A DNA stretch of 64,000 nt from an uncultured Mycoplasma sp. Lineage in GTDB: Bacteria > Bacillota_I > Bacilli_A > RF39 > UBA660. Below, one piece after another: positions 29,180-39,031 of the stretch. Under the pieces are notes generated by a model. That model was not told where the DNA came from, ran no database searches, and was given only the letters and a program-made list of their open reading frames with translations. The stretch covers positions 21,942 through 85,941 of the forward strand of contig CAMNSE010000001.1 of assembly GCA_946554525.1 (NCBI GenBank). The letters are read 5' to 3'. A program made the position numbers and the translations under genes. Numbering within the stretch: the first letter of the stretch is position 1; each line of letters opens with the position of its first letter.

Positions 29180-29241
29180 AAAAATCCCTCCTAAGAAGAT
29201 TCTATCATATTTCTATCATTTTAAAAAGTCTTTATTTAAAT

Positions 29242-29265
29242 AAAAAAACTTCCAATAAGGAAGTT
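29242..29265 (-). terminator. Terminator after the 202-aa secreted protein gene
   Basis: Minus strand AACTTCC-TTATT-GGAAGTT followed by TTTTTTT. Confidence 0.65.
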
Positions 29266-29872
29266 ATAGATAATTATAAACTAATACTTTACCATTAAAG
29301 GTATGTGCTGGTTCCATTATTTCATTACCTGTATTTTCATCAATCCATAAATATAGCTTAAATGTTTTTGACTCCCCTGCAGCAAGAGTTCCACTACCTA
29401 ATGAATAACTTGTATCGACTCCATAACGAGTTTTTAATTCTGAGGACATTGGATATACATTACTTGTTAACATTGCACTAGTTCCATTTACAACGCTTGG
29501 TGCTGTTTGATTTAACTTATATCTAATATTACTAGTTAAATTAGATGGGGTAGCAGTTAATGTATTTAACGTAATATTATACTTTATTGGTGTACTAGAA
29601 TTTGAGCTAGTACATGTATTTGTTATTGTAAAAGTATATGGTGTTTTAGTTAAAGCAGTTGCTTCACTCATAGGATAAGCATAATTTCCAGCTTGGTTCA
29701 TACTAATAGCATTCCCATCACTGAATGATACGTTAAAACATGTTGTGTTTAAAGTATTTGGATCTTTTTGTGTTTCATTTATTGAATAATAAGAATAACT
29801 AGTACCAACAGTAATTACTGCTAAAATCATAACTGTTAAAAATCCCAAAGTTATTTGATATCCTTTTTTCAT
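29264..29872 (-). CDS. Secreted or cell-surface T/S/N-rich protein with TasA/camelysin-like (SipW-type) signal peptide
   Basis: ATG at 29872 after AGGTGA. Leader MKKGYQITLGFLTVMILAVITVGTSYSYYS resembles the ...GGGTFAYFSD class. The mature part is beta-rich and Thr/Asn-rich. Confidence 0.45.
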   Translation of the reverse strand: MKKGYQITLGFLTVMILAVITVGTSYSYYSINETQKDPNTLNTTCFNVSFSDGNAISMNQAGNYAYPMSEATALTKTPYTFTITNTCTSSNSSTPIKYNITLNTLTATPSNLTSNIRYKLNQTAPSVVNGTSAMLTSNVYPMSSELKTRYGVDTSYSLGSGTLAAGESKTFKLYLWIDENTGNEIMEPAHTFNGKVLVYNYL

Positions 29873-29971
29873 CTTTATCACCTATTTTACTAAATATAAT
29901 TATAAGCTATTTTTTGTAATTTGAAAACCCCTTTTATTAATAATTTTAACAATTTTTACTATTTTTTTATT

Positions 29972-31372
29972 TTAGATCTTCTTACCATCTAAGCTAAAGC
30001 TTTTAGCATCAGTAATATGAACTTTAATAATGTGTCCTATTTCATCAGTTGCATTAGTTATATTTACTAATTTCATTGTATCAGTATAGCCATATACTTT
30101 ATCATTACCTTTTTCACTAAGTCCCAATACTAAGACATCTACTGTACTACCTACATACTCTTTATTATGCTCCAGGCTATATTTATTTACTAATTCATTT
30201 AAACGATAAAGCCTTTCTTCTTTCTCTTTTAAAGTAATAGTATCCTTGATTTTAGCAGCAGGAGTACCTTCTCTTGGTGAATAAATGAAGGTGAATGCTC
30301 CATCATATTTACACTCATTTACAATATCTAAAGTGTCTTTGAAATCCTCTTCGGTTTCATTTGGAAAGCCAACTATAATGTCAGTTGTAATACTAGCACC
30401 TGGAATACGTTCTTTAATTTTTCTAAATAATGTTAAATATTCTTCTTTAGTGTATCTTCTTCCCATTAATTTTAAAATTTTAGATGATCCACTTTGAATC
30501 GGTAAATGGATATATGGCATTACATTAGGATATTTTGCTATTACATCTATCATCTCATCTGTAAAATCCCATGGATGAGAAGTTACAAACCGAATACGAG
30601 GAATACTAGTTTTAGCAGCTTTCTCTAATAAATCTGCAAAGCTATAGCCCAAATTCAGATCTTTACCATAAGCATTTACATTTTGTCCTAAAAGAGTAAC
30701 TTCTAAATACCCCTCTTCTTTTAATTTTTCAATTTCACTTATAATATTCTCAATCTTTCTGCTTCTTTGTTTTCCACGAGTAAACGGAACAATGCAATAC
30801 GTGCAAAATTTATCACAACCGTACATAATATTTACCCATGCTGTATATTTAGAATCTCTAACATAATTTGCACCTTCATATACATTTCCTTCAATAGAGT
30901 ATACTTCTAAATCTTGTTTATCTTTATGCTCTAATATAAGTCGACCTAAATCGTCAATATTATGAGTTCCTATTATAATATCTACATAAGGGTACTTTTC
31001 TTTTATAGTAGTTGCTACACTCTCTTCTTGAGGCATACATCCGGCAATACATACCATTAATTCTGGTTTTTCCTTTTTTAAATGCTTAACTCTCCCTAAA
31101 AAACCGAATACTTTATCATGTGCATTTTCTCTAATTGCGCATGTATTTAAAATTACAAAATCGGCTTGTTCTAAAATGTTTGTTTCGGTATATCCTAAAT
31201 TGTATAAAATACCCTTTATTTCTTCAGAATCATGCACGTTCATTTGACAACCATATGTCCTAATAAAGAATTTTTTATTTTTAAAGGCATCGCTTTTAAT
31301 ATTAGAAGAAGTTTTATATAAAACTTCTTTATCGCTTCTTACTTTCGCATCAATTAAATTTGGTAAATTCAT
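29972..31372 (-). CDS. miaB: tRNA-2-methylthio-N6-dimethylallyladenosine synthase
   Basis: UPF0004 cluster YGCQMNVHDSE, radical-SAM motif CDKFCTYCIVP, and a TRAM C-terminus. Confidence 0.92.
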   Translation of the reverse strand: MNLPNLIDAKVRSDKEVLYKTSSNIKSDAFKNKKFFIRTYGCQMNVHDSEEIKGILYNLGYTETNILEQADFVILNTCAIRENAHDKVFGFLGRVKHLKKEKPELMVCIAGCMPQEESVATTIKEKYPYVDIIIGTHNIDDLGRLILEHKDKQDLEVYSIEGNVYEGANYVRDSKYTAWVNIMYGCDKFCTYCIVPFTRGKQRSRKIENIISEIEKLKEEGYLEVTLLGQNVNAYGKDLNLGYSFADLLEKAAKTSIPRIRFVTSHPWDFTDEMIDVIAKYPNVMPYIHLPIQSGSSKILKLMGRRYTKEEYLTLFRKIKERIPGASITTDIIVGFPNETEEDFKDTLDIVNECKYDGAFTFIYSPREGTPAAKIKDTITLKEKEERLYRLNELVNKYSLEHNKEYVGSTVDVLVLGLSEKGNDKVYGYTDTMKLVNITNATDEIGHIIKVHITDAKSFSLDGKKI

Positions 31373-31410
31373 AACTAATACTCCTTAACTGATGCTATTA
31401 TAACACGTTT

Positions 31411-32055
31411 TTATACATTATGGTAAGATAACTTTATAATATAATATAGTTTTAATATATCTTGGTTAAATTCCTCTTCTATTTTGCTTTTTAATGTTTG
31501 ATATATTTCATCTATATCTTCTTCTTTTTCACTTTTGTATTCATAATACAAATATTTTAATTTGTGTATATCTTTTCTTTCATATAAATTATCTAATTCA
31601 AGCTTTATTATTTTTTTAGCTTCTTCCTCTTGTCTTAAGCAAGTACTTCTTTTGATTGGCTTTATTAATTCAAAAGATAAATCGCAATCTTTTAAAGTAT
31701 AAGCAATCTCTAATATGTTTAGTTCATCATCAACTAATAATTTGCTAAAATTAGTACTAATTCCATTTTCATTAAATTCAATTGCTATTACATTCTTATT
31801 ATCTGTAAATATAGCGGCATAAGGTATTTTGTTAACTATATTTTTACCACTTATTATTGTTTTATCTTCGATACTTGTTAAGAAATCTATATTTACTTTA
31901 GAAATATGAGTAGAAATATCTATAAATGCTTTATGTTTAATTCTAAATATTGGAATTTTTTTGATTAGTTCTAAAGGATCAGTATCATCCCATTCGTAAA
32001 ACTCAAGAATTTTTTTTTCGTTCCAATTTAAAATTATGTCGTAATAATAGTTCAT
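31411..32055 (-). CDS. Hypothetical cytoplasmic protein
   Basis: 214-aa ORF with an AAGGCGGA SD. No motif recognised. Confidence 0.5.
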   Translation of the reverse strand: MNYYYDIILNWNEKKILEFYEWDDTDPLELIKKIPIFRIKHKAFIDISTHISKVNIDFLTSIEDKTIISGKNIVNKIPYAAIFTDNKNVIAIEFNENGISTNFSKLLVDDELNILEIAYTLKDCDLSFELIKPIKRSTCLRQEEEAKKIIKLELDNLYERKDIHKLKYLYYEYKSEKEEDIDEIYQTLKSKIEEEFNQDILKLYYIIKLSYHNV

Positions 32056-32254
32056 TTTTAATCCGCCTTTCTAAAGAAATAAAAATAAAAATTAAACCAC
32101 TTATCAAAAACCAGAATTCACTTCTTCTACTAATAAACTGAACAAAATGGAGGAATCTATACCCTAATGTTAAAACATTTGCGTCCAATATTGTCAAGAA
32201 AATGCCAATACTAATTAAAAAGATACCTAAAAAATAGCAAAAAACTCTAAACAT
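32003..32254 (-). CDS. Small hypothetical membrane protein
   Basis: About 83 aa with two or three hydrophobic helices (FCYFLGIFLISIGIFLTIL and FWFLISGLIFIFISL). SD AGAGAGGAA. The 3' end overlaps the next gene by 53 nt. Confidence 0.45.
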   Translation of the reverse strand: MFRVFCYFLGIFLISIGIFLTILDANVLTLGYRFLHFVQFISRRSEFWFLISGLIFIFISLERRIKNELLLRHNFKLERKKNS

Positions 32255-32323
32255 AATCATTTCCTCTCTTAATTTTATTTCTTATTTTAAGAAAATATTA
32301 TATAATTAAGTAAGGTGATAAAT

Positions 32324-33136
32324 ATGAATTTATTAGTTTATATTATTTTAGGAATTTTACAAGGATTTACGGAACCACTGCCTATTAGTTCTAGTGGACA
32401 TGTATTCTTATTTAAAAATATTTTTAATACCAATATGTTTAATGATTTAAATTTTGAAATTGTAGCTAATTTTGGATCTTTTTTAGCAATCTTATTTATT
32501 TTTAGAAAAGATATCGTTGATTTAGTATCTGCATTCTTTAAATATATATTTAATAAGAAAAATAGAGAAAAATATAAAGCAAAGTTTAAGTATTGTATTT
32601 ATATTATTATATCAACAATCCCAGTTGGTATTGCAGGTATTTTGCTTAAAGATGTAATTGAAAGTAAACTTTCTAACATCACATTTTTAGGATTTGCTTT
32701 TTTACTTACCGCACTGATGCTTTTCTTAATTAGAAATAAAGCTGGAAATAAAGAAGATAAAGATATTACTCTTAAAAATGCAATCATCATTGGGCTAATT
32801 CAAATGATTACTATTATGCCAGGAATTAGTCGATCTGGTACAGTACTAGTAGCATGTCTACTTTGTGGAATGAAAAGAGAGACAGCTCTTAAATATACTT
32901 TTATTTTGTATTTCCCTATTAGTTTAGCCACAATGCTACTAGGAGTAAAAGATTTAATTCAATCAGGGAATTTGACTACTATTTTTGTTCCATATTTATG
33001 TGGTATGCTATTTGCTTGTATTGTTACATACTTTACTTATAAATGGCTAACAGAACTAGTAAGAAAAGGAAAGCTTTGGAAGTTTTCAATATATTGTATT
33101 TGCTTAGCAGTATTCATCTTTATTTATTTTAGGTAA
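32324..33136 (+). CDS. uppP: Undecaprenyl-diphosphate phosphatase
   Basis: GILQGFTEPLPISSSGH and PGISRSG motifs. ATG at 32324 after AAGGTGA. Confidence 0.92.
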   Translation: MNLLVYIILGILQGFTEPLPISSSGHVFLFKNIFNTNMFNDLNFEIVANFGSFLAILFIFRKDIVDLVSAFFKYIFNKKNREKYKAKFKYCIYIIISTIPVGIAGILLKDVIESKLSNITFLGFAFLLTALMLFLIRNKAGNKEDKDITLKNAIIIGLIQMITIMPGISRSGTVLVACLLCGMKRETALKYTFILYFPISLATMLLGVKDLIQSGNLTTIFVPYLCGMLFACIVTYFTYKWLTELVRKGKLWKFSIYCICLAVFIFIYFR

Positions 33137-33164
33137 ATACTTTACAAATAAATAATATTTATTT

Positions 33165-33198
33165 AGCACTAACTCAACTAAAGTTAGTGCTTGTTTTT
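33165..33198 (+). terminator. Terminator after uppP
   Basis: AGCACTAAC-TCAACTAAA-GTTAGTGCT followed by TGTTTTT. Confidence 0.75.
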
Positions 33199-33204
33199 AA
33201 CTAA

Positions 33205-33234
33205 TTAAAAAAATTCTCAAATATTTGAGAATTA
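33205..33234 (-). terminator. Terminator after the HD-domain gene
   Basis: Minus strand AATTCTCAA-ATAT-TTGAGAATT followed by TTTTT. It overlaps the stop codon. Confidence 0.7.
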
Positions 33235-33777
33235 GTTTTTAAACATAATCATGTTAAATATTAATAATAGTGCTACATTTGCCATATAAGTAAATTGAAA
33301 ACGTTCACATTCCATAATAGAAACGATCAAATCGGATGCACAAATTATCCATCCTTCTTTTGACTTTGGCTTAAACTCTTTTATGCTTACTTTTTCTTTA
33401 CGATTTATAAATGGAAGTATTTTCTTTAATAATACTTGATGAAACATATGCGTTTTAATAGCTTCTGCTTCTATATCACTTACATTAAAATACTTTCTAG
33501 CATTTTCGCTTGCAGTAATTGGATGGTTTAAATATGAGTTTTCAGGTTTTTCTTTACGAGTGCCAAAGAAAAAGTCATGCAATAACCCTGCTCTAGCAGC
33601 TACCCTATTATCAGCTTTAAATATTTTACTTAATTTGTAGCTTAATTTAGCAACTCTTAATGAATGCTCGTATTTACTTGTTCCATGGTGTAAATCTTTC
33701 TTTGTATCTAAAAAAACTTTATCTTCTAATATATCTGAGACATAATTATCAAACTCGCTCTTTAAACTTTTTGACAT
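33232..33777 (-). CDS. HD-domain phosphohydrolase
   Basis: HHGTSKYEHSLRVAKLS ... AGLLHDFF (H...HD...D pattern). The C-terminus is hydrophobic. Confidence 0.8.
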   Translation of the reverse strand: MSKSLKSEFDNYVSDILEDKVFLDTKKDLHHGTSKYEHSLRVAKLSYKLSKIFKADNRVAARAGLLHDFFFGTRKEKPENSYLNHPITASENARKYFNVSDIEAEAIKTHMFHQVLLKKILPFINRKEKVSIKEFKPKSKEGWIICASDLIVSIMECERFQFTYMANVALLLIFNMIMFKN

Positions 33778-33944
33778 AAATTCAACTCCTATTTTAATTT
33801 GCGATATAATAACATTATATAAAATTATACTCCTTTTGTAAAGGTTAAATACTTATAATAAGTCAAAAAGATTTATATAAGTGCATTTATTTAACTTTTA
33901 CTTAACGTATAACTGTTTAATTATAGCAAATTTTATTGTTTTTG

Positions 33945-35156
33945 TCAAAATTGGCTAACTTTAGTAGCTAAATTAAGCTCACTCTCTTTTACTTTTAATA
34001 AAATATTAGCAATAATATATGTAGCAAGTCCTAAAATGGTCATTATAAAGCCTATTTTACTTACACTTAAATTAAACATTAATCCACATATGAATGTACC
34101 AATTCCATTTCCCATTAAAGAAATACAATACTTTATAACAGTAAATAAAAGCGTGTATTCTTCTTTCATATTATTTATAAAATGAGCATTAAATATAAAG
34201 TTATAAGTTAAATCAGTTAATAATAAATACCCAATTGTATAAAAGAATATTGTCTTACTATTAGTAATAAACATTAAAAGATAAAGTACTACTCTTATTC
34301 CATATTTAAAAAAAGCATTAATATAATCATTTTTGAATTTTAGGTATTTTACAATAAGTATTGCTAATATATTGGTAATAACTCCCATAATCAATATAAA
34401 ATAACTTGCACTTTTTGTACTTAATCCGATTTTTTCCGTTAGTGTTAGCATTTTAATTCCTAAAATACTAGACCACGTCATTCCTCCCATAAAACATAAA
34501 AAAAGATATAAGTAGATTCTCTTATTTTGATTTAAATACTTTACTAAGCCACAAATATTTGAATATTTTTCTTCTTTATTATCTTCTATTTTAATTTCCA
34601 TTAAAACGGTAAAAGATAAGAATAAAACTATAACTGAAAAGAGTAAGCAAATATTATAATTAATGAATAAATTACCGAATGTTCTTCCAAGCATTAAGGA
34701 AATAATAAAAAAGCTAAGTTTGCCTCCTAATGATTCAACTACTTCTCTTTTTACATATATTTCTTCGCTTTTTTTCACACTCATAATTAAAGGATAAATA
34801 CTACTAAGTATAAGCTCTGTAAAAGCAATATCAAAAAACATAATAAATTTAATCAAAAATAAATATTTTGAATTATTAAGACATATTAATATTGTACTAG
34901 TGCACATCTTTAATATAAGGGAAATTAGAACCCCATTTTTTAATTTATTAGTGGAAACCCGTAATGAAAAAAATAATAGAATAAGAGCTGTTATAATAGA
35001 AGATATTGTGATTATTCGGCTAATTGATAATGTATTTAAGCCATTTTGTGCCATCCATAATTCTTTATAGTTAGAAAATAATCCAATTGCAAAACTATAT
35101 AAACCTAAAAAGAGTAAAAGAAGAAAACTTTTATTTTCTTTTAGTTTCTTTATCAT
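33945..35156 (-). CDS. MFS-type transporter
   Basis: 403 aa with about 12 hydrophobic segments. ATGA overlap with the upstream gene. Confidence 0.7.
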   Translation of the reverse strand: MIKKLKENKSFLLLLFLGLYSFAIGLFSNYKELWMAQNGLNTLSISRIITISSIITALILLFFSLRVSTNKLKNGVLISLILKMCTSTILICLNNSKYLFLIKFIMFFDIAFTELILSSIYPLIMSVKKSEEIYVKREVVESLGGKLSFFIISLMLGRTFGNLFINYNICLLFSVIVLFLSFTVLMEIKIEDNKEEKYSNICGLVKYLNQNKRIYLYLFLCFMGGMTWSSILGIKMLTLTEKIGLSTKSASYFILIMGVITNILAILIVKYLKFKNDYINAFFKYGIRVVLYLLMFITNSKTIFFYTIGYLLLTDLTYNFIFNAHFINNMKEEYTLLFTVIKYCISLMGNGIGTFICGLMFNLSVSKIGFIMTILGLATYIIANILLKVKESELNLATKVSQF

Positions 35157-36343
35157 TTTATATCCTTATCATATTCTATATCATTAATATCATATATTCT
35201 TTTACTCGCTATAAAACTCATTATACGATTTACAGTAAATCCAATTAATGCTAAAACAAAGAAATATATAATGCCAAATGTAGTAAATGTTGGTGCTGAT
35301 TCTGTAAAAAGGCCAATTAAAGAGGCTCCAACTCCCATAGATGTAACAATTGTTAAATTATCAATTGATTTATTAGTTATATCATTTTGTAAATCATTAA
35401 ATAGTTTTTTAGCAGAATTAACATAGTTACTTGTCATTTTCCATAAATGTTGGATATAAGAAAGAGTATTACCAAGAGTTTCATAGCGGTATCCAATCAA
35501 ATCTAAAGCTTCTTTCAAAGCTTCATCCCCTTTTGCTATTTTCTCTCTTGTTTTTAAATAAGTGCTCATTTGGTTAATACGCCCATCTATTAAATTCACA
35601 GTTTTTTGATATCCATCTATCTTACTATTTAATTTGATAATATCTTTGCCTTTAATATGAGCATTTTCTTTGACGTTATCTATTTTTTCCCATATAATTC
35701 TATGTAAATTTAAATAACGATGCAATTGTCCTTTAAACTCTCTAATAAAAATTTGCTCTTCAATGTATCTTTCTGCTTCACCAATTTCTGATGTTTTATT
35801 GTTTATAAAATAATATACATCTCCACGATGAACTTCAAATTTATCATTAATAAATTCAAAATATTTTTGGTTTTCTGTCTTAGAAATTAAAAAATCAATG
35901 TCAGAAGACTTACAATTATTTAAAACAATAAAGTAAGGATACACGGTTTTAATATTTGCAAGTTCTTTAGGTACAGGGGCTCCTAAACTAAATAAATAAT
36001 TTAGTGCTGGACTTAATTTTAATTCATAATAACTAGCTAAAGAATCAATATCTTGAAACATGGTAATATCCATTATATCGTTTTTATTTAAACTAATTAA
36101 TCCATCTTCAAAAACTTTAACTTTAATTCCAGACAAAGTATAAAACGTTATACATTCTAACCCTTCAATATGATACTTTACACCCATATCTTTATTTATG
36201 TCTAAATTCGTATGTAATTTCTTTAATTTATTTTTATCTAAATTTAATTTTGAAATTCCTTCTTTTAAAAAGTCATATACTTCACTTAATTGAAGTGTAG
36301 TCCTTTGAAACCAACCGCCTATATAAATACCATCTATCTTCAT
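35153..36343 (-). CDS. Hypothetical protein, large soluble domain plus C-terminal two-helix membrane anchor
   Basis: 396 aa with SD AAGGAGG. C-terminal segments VGASLIGLFTESAPTF and FGIIYFFVLALIGFTV. No family recognised. Confidence 0.5.
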   Translation of the reverse strand: MKIDGIYIGGWFQRTTLQLSEVYDFLKEGISKLNLDKNKLKKLHTNLDINKDMGVKYHIEGLECITFYTLSGIKVKVFEDGLISLNKNDIMDITMFQDIDSLASYYELKLSPALNYLFSLGAPVPKELANIKTVYPYFIVLNNCKSSDIDFLISKTENQKYFEFINDKFEVHRGDVYYFINNKTSEIGEAERYIEEQIFIREFKGQLHRYLNLHRIIWEKIDNVKENAHIKGKDIIKLNSKIDGYQKTVNLIDGRINQMSTYLKTREKIAKGDEALKEALDLIGYRYETLGNTLSYIQHLWKMTSNYVNSAKKLFNDLQNDITNKSIDNLTIVTSMGVGASLIGLFTESAPTFTTFGIIYFFVLALIGFTVNRIMSFIASKRIYDINDIEYDKDIK

Positions 36344-36793
36344 TTATTGAACCTCCTTAGTAAAGAATTTGGCATCCATTACTTCAAAGCCATAGTCATG
36401 ATAACAACTATGCGCAGCCGTTCTAAAGTTTTTACTCCATAGTTCAATGTCTGAGCATCCTCTTCTTTTAGCTGTGTCAAATAAAACATTCAATAAATAT
36501 GTTGCTATATGATGCCTTCTATAACTTGGATGTACGCATACATGATTTAAAATACCAAAAGTTCTCATTGGCTTATAAATTGTTCTAATCAGTGTCAGTT
36601 TAGCATGGGCTATTACTTCTCCATTTATCACTCCATTTATATAAATACTATTTGCGTCATTTTGATTTTCTAAAAAAACTTGCTTTGCATATTCATAGTC
36701 TGTTGTTTCATCAAAACATAAATTACATAAATCAATTGTTTTTTCTAAATCATTTAAATCCATACTTTTAAATATTACTTCCATACTATACAC
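36344..36793 (-). CDS. GNAT family N-acetyltransferase
   Basis: Acetyl-CoA motif VCVHPSYRRHHIATYLLN. The start is either the GTG at 36793 or the ATG at 36784. Confidence 0.8.
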   Translation of the reverse strand: MYSMEVIFKSMDLNDLEKTIDLCNLCFDETTDYEYAKQVFLENQNDANSIYINGVINGEVIAHAKLTLIRTIYKPMRTFGILNHVCVHPSYRRHHIATYLLNVLFDTAKRRGCSDIELWSKNFRTAAHSCYHDYGFEVMDAKFFTKEVQ

Positions 36794-36807
36794 CCACTAT
36801 TATATTT

Positions 36808-36835
36808 ATAATAGCATACCCCCCCCGAGAGTCAA
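36808..36835 (-). promoter_or_regulatory. Candidate promoter of the GNAT/unknown/MFS operon with a G8 tract in the spacer
   Basis: Minus strand TTGACT-CTCGGGGGGGGTATGC-TATTAT. The spacer is 16 nt, and a TGC precedes the -10, giving an extended -10. A second TATAAT lies 3 nt further downstream. Confidence 0.45.
36819..36826. repeat. C8 (G8 on the coding strand) homopolymeric tract
   Basis: Read directly: atagcataCCCCCCCCgagagtcaa. It is the only G/C run of this length I noticed in the window. Confidence 0.95.
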
Positions 36836-36879
36836 TATTTGCAAAAATTGTGTTTACGAGCAATTTACGGTTAGTAAAA

Positions 36880-36909
36880 CAAAAAAAGATCAATTATATG
36901 ATCTTTTTT
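36880..36909 (-). terminator. Terminator after clpB
   Basis: Minus strand AAAAAAGATCA-TATAAT-TGATCTTTTTTT. Confidence 0.7.
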
Positions 36910-39007
36910 AAATAATTATAAATTCTTCTTTTTTTACATCAATGGTAATCTTTGAATTCATTTTAATTTCATCTTTAATTATTTTATCAGCTAAGAGCGT
37001 TTCAATATGATGTGTGACATATCTTTTTATTGGTCTTGCGCCATAGTTTTCTTCATAAGCATGCTCAATAATAAATTCTTTAGCATTGTCAGTTAATTCT
37101 AGGCTTACTTTTAAATTATTTAAACGTGATTCTGTTTCTTTAATTATTTTATCTAAAATATCGAAAACAACATTTTTATTTAAAGGTTTAAATATAACAA
37201 TTTCATCGATACGGTTGATAAATTCTGGTGCAAATGTTCTTTTTAAAGCATCAAGTACTAAATTATCACTATTTTCTGCTTTATCTAATATGTATTCACT
37301 TCCTAAATTAGATGTCATAATAATAATTGTATTTTTAAAATCTATTAATTTGCCTGTCGAATCAGTAATGCGACCATCATCAAGTATTTGAAGAAGAATA
37401 TTAAAGACATCAGGATGAGCCTTTTCTATTTCGTCAAATAATACTATACTATACGGATTTCGTCTTACAGCTTCTGTAAGTTCTCCACCTTCATCATATC
37501 CAACATATCCTGGAGGCGCTCCAAGTAGTCGAGACACATTAAAGCTTTCCATATATTCTGAACAATCAATTCTTACAATATGACGTTCATCATCAAATAA
37601 TTCATAAGCTAAAGATTTTGCTAATTCTGTCTTTCCAACTCCCGTAGGTCCCATAAATATGAATGAGCCAATTGGTCTATTTGGGTCTTTAATTCCGCTT
37701 CTTGCGCGAATAATTGCATCGCTAACTTTTGAAACAGCATCATCTTGCCCAATTACACGTTTTTTCAAATGTTCTTTTAAATTAAGCAGTTTTTCTTTTT
37801 CGCCACTAACTAATTTTTGAATTGGTATATTCGTCCATTTTGCAACAATATTAGCGATGTCTTCATCAGTAACGGTATCACTAAGCATTTGGGAATCTAT
37901 TTTCTTTTTCAAAGATTCTAGTTCTTGCTCTAAACGCGGAATAACACCATGACGAAGTCTAGCAGCAGATTCTAAATCATATTCATTTTCTGCTTTATCT
38001 AATTTAAAATGTGCTTCATTTAATTCTTCTTTCTTTTTATTTATTTCATCATTTAAATTCTTTTCTTCTTCCCATTTGGTTCGCATATCCTGTTCTTCTT
38101 TTTTTAAGTTAGATATTTCGTTATCAAGCTCATTTTTCCTAGCGATAGATAGTTCATCTTTTTCTTTCTTTATAGCTTCTCTTTCAATTTCTAAACTCAT
38201 AATTTTTCGAGTTAAAGTATCAAGATCTGTTGGAACGCTTGCCATTTGCATTTTAATTGTAGCACAAGCTTCATCAACTAAATCAATCGCTTTATCAGGT
38301 AAAAACCTATCAGTAATGTATCTATCTGATAATGTTGCTGCTGATATTAAAGCACTATCTTTAATATTTACACTATGGAATAATTCAAATCTCTCTTTTA
38401 AGCCACGTAAAATTGTAATTGTATCTTCTATAGTTGGAGCATTAACTTGAATTTTTTGAAGTCTACGCTCTAACGCTCCATCTTTTTCAATGTATTTGCG
38501 ATATTCATTTAAAGTAGTCGCTCCTATTAACTTAATCTCACCTCTAGCAAGCATAGGTTTTAATAAATTTCCAGCATCCATTGCTCCATTTGCTCCAGCA
38601 CCAACAATCATATGAATTTCATCAATGAATAAAATTATATCTCCATTAGAATTACTAATTTCTTTTAATACTTTTTTAAGCCTATCTTCAAATTCACCTT
38701 GATACTTTGCTCCAGCTATTAAAGAACCTAAATCTAAAGACCAAATTCTTTTATTTTTTAAAGTATTGGGCACATCTCCTTTTACTATTCTAATAGCAAG
38801 TCCTTCCACAATAGCTGTCTTTCCTACTCCAGCTTCACCAATTAAAACTGGGTTGTTTTTAGTTTTACGAGATAAAATACGTATAATTGAGCGTATTTCC
38901 TCATCTCTGCCAATAACAGGATCTACTTTATTTTGCTTCACAGACTCTGTAATATCTCGACCGTATTTTTCTAATACGTTTTCCTCTTCTTGATTATTAG
39001 GATACAT
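36908..39007 (-). CDS. clpB: ClpB-type disaggregase lacking the N-terminal domain
   Basis: P-loops GEAGVGKTA and GPTGVGKTE, with a long coiled-coil M-domain between the NBDs (LESLKKKID...). I saw no ClpP-docking tripeptide. The ATG at 39007 lies about 10 nt after GAAAGGA. The track's GTG start at 39040 lies inside the -10 box. Confidence 0.88.
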   Translation of the reverse strand: MYPNNQEEENVLEKYGRDITESVKQNKVDPVIGRDEEIRSIIRILSRKTKNNPVLIGEAGVGKTAIVEGLAIRIVKGDVPNTLKNKRIWSLDLGSLIAGAKYQGEFEDRLKKVLKEISNSNGDIILFIDEIHMIVGAGANGAMDAGNLLKPMLARGEIKLIGATTLNEYRKYIEKDGALERRLQKIQVNAPTIEDTITILRGLKERFELFHSVNIKDSALISAATLSDRYITDRFLPDKAIDLVDEACATIKMQMASVPTDLDTLTRKIMSLEIEREAIKKEKDELSIARKNELDNEISNLKKEEQDMRTKWEEEKNLNDEINKKKEELNEAHFKLDKAENEYDLESAARLRHGVIPRLEQELESLKKKIDSQMLSDTVTDEDIANIVAKWTNIPIQKLVSGEKEKLLNLKEHLKKRVIGQDDAVSKVSDAIIRARSGIKDPNRPIGSFIFMGPTGVGKTELAKSLAYELFDDERHIVRIDCSEYMESFNVSRLLGAPPGYVGYDEGGELTEAVRRNPYSIVLFDEIEKAHPDVFNILLQILDDGRITDSTGKLIDFKNTIIIMTSNLGSEYILDKAENSDNLVLDALKRTFAPEFINRIDEIVIFKPLNKNVVFDILDKIIKETESRLNNLKVSLELTDNAKEFIIEHAYEENYGARPIKRYVTHHIETLLADKIIKDEIKMNSKITIDVKKEEFIII

Positions 39008-39031
39008 ATTTATCATTCCTTTCGTATTTGT

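Noticed and set aside
33164-33192. CIRCE-like look of TTAGCACTAAC...GTTAGTGCT after uppP
   Set aside because: The arms share only the AGCACT core and the right arm lacks the terminal TAA. The spacing does not fit TTAGCACTC-N9-GAGTGCTAA. The repeat is followed by a T-run directly after a stop codon, so it is a terminator.
33778-33944. 167-nt gap upstream of the HD-domain gene as a possible riboswitch or leader RNA
   Set aside because: The sequence is almost purely A/T, with no conserved GC-rich helices or known riboswitch cores. A TGCTATAAT promoter and ordinary AT-rich leader explain it.
37086-38993. Three plus-strand ORFs (101, 124 and 75 aa) inside clpB
   Set aside because: They are antisense shadow frames, for the same reasons as in the clpC-like gene.
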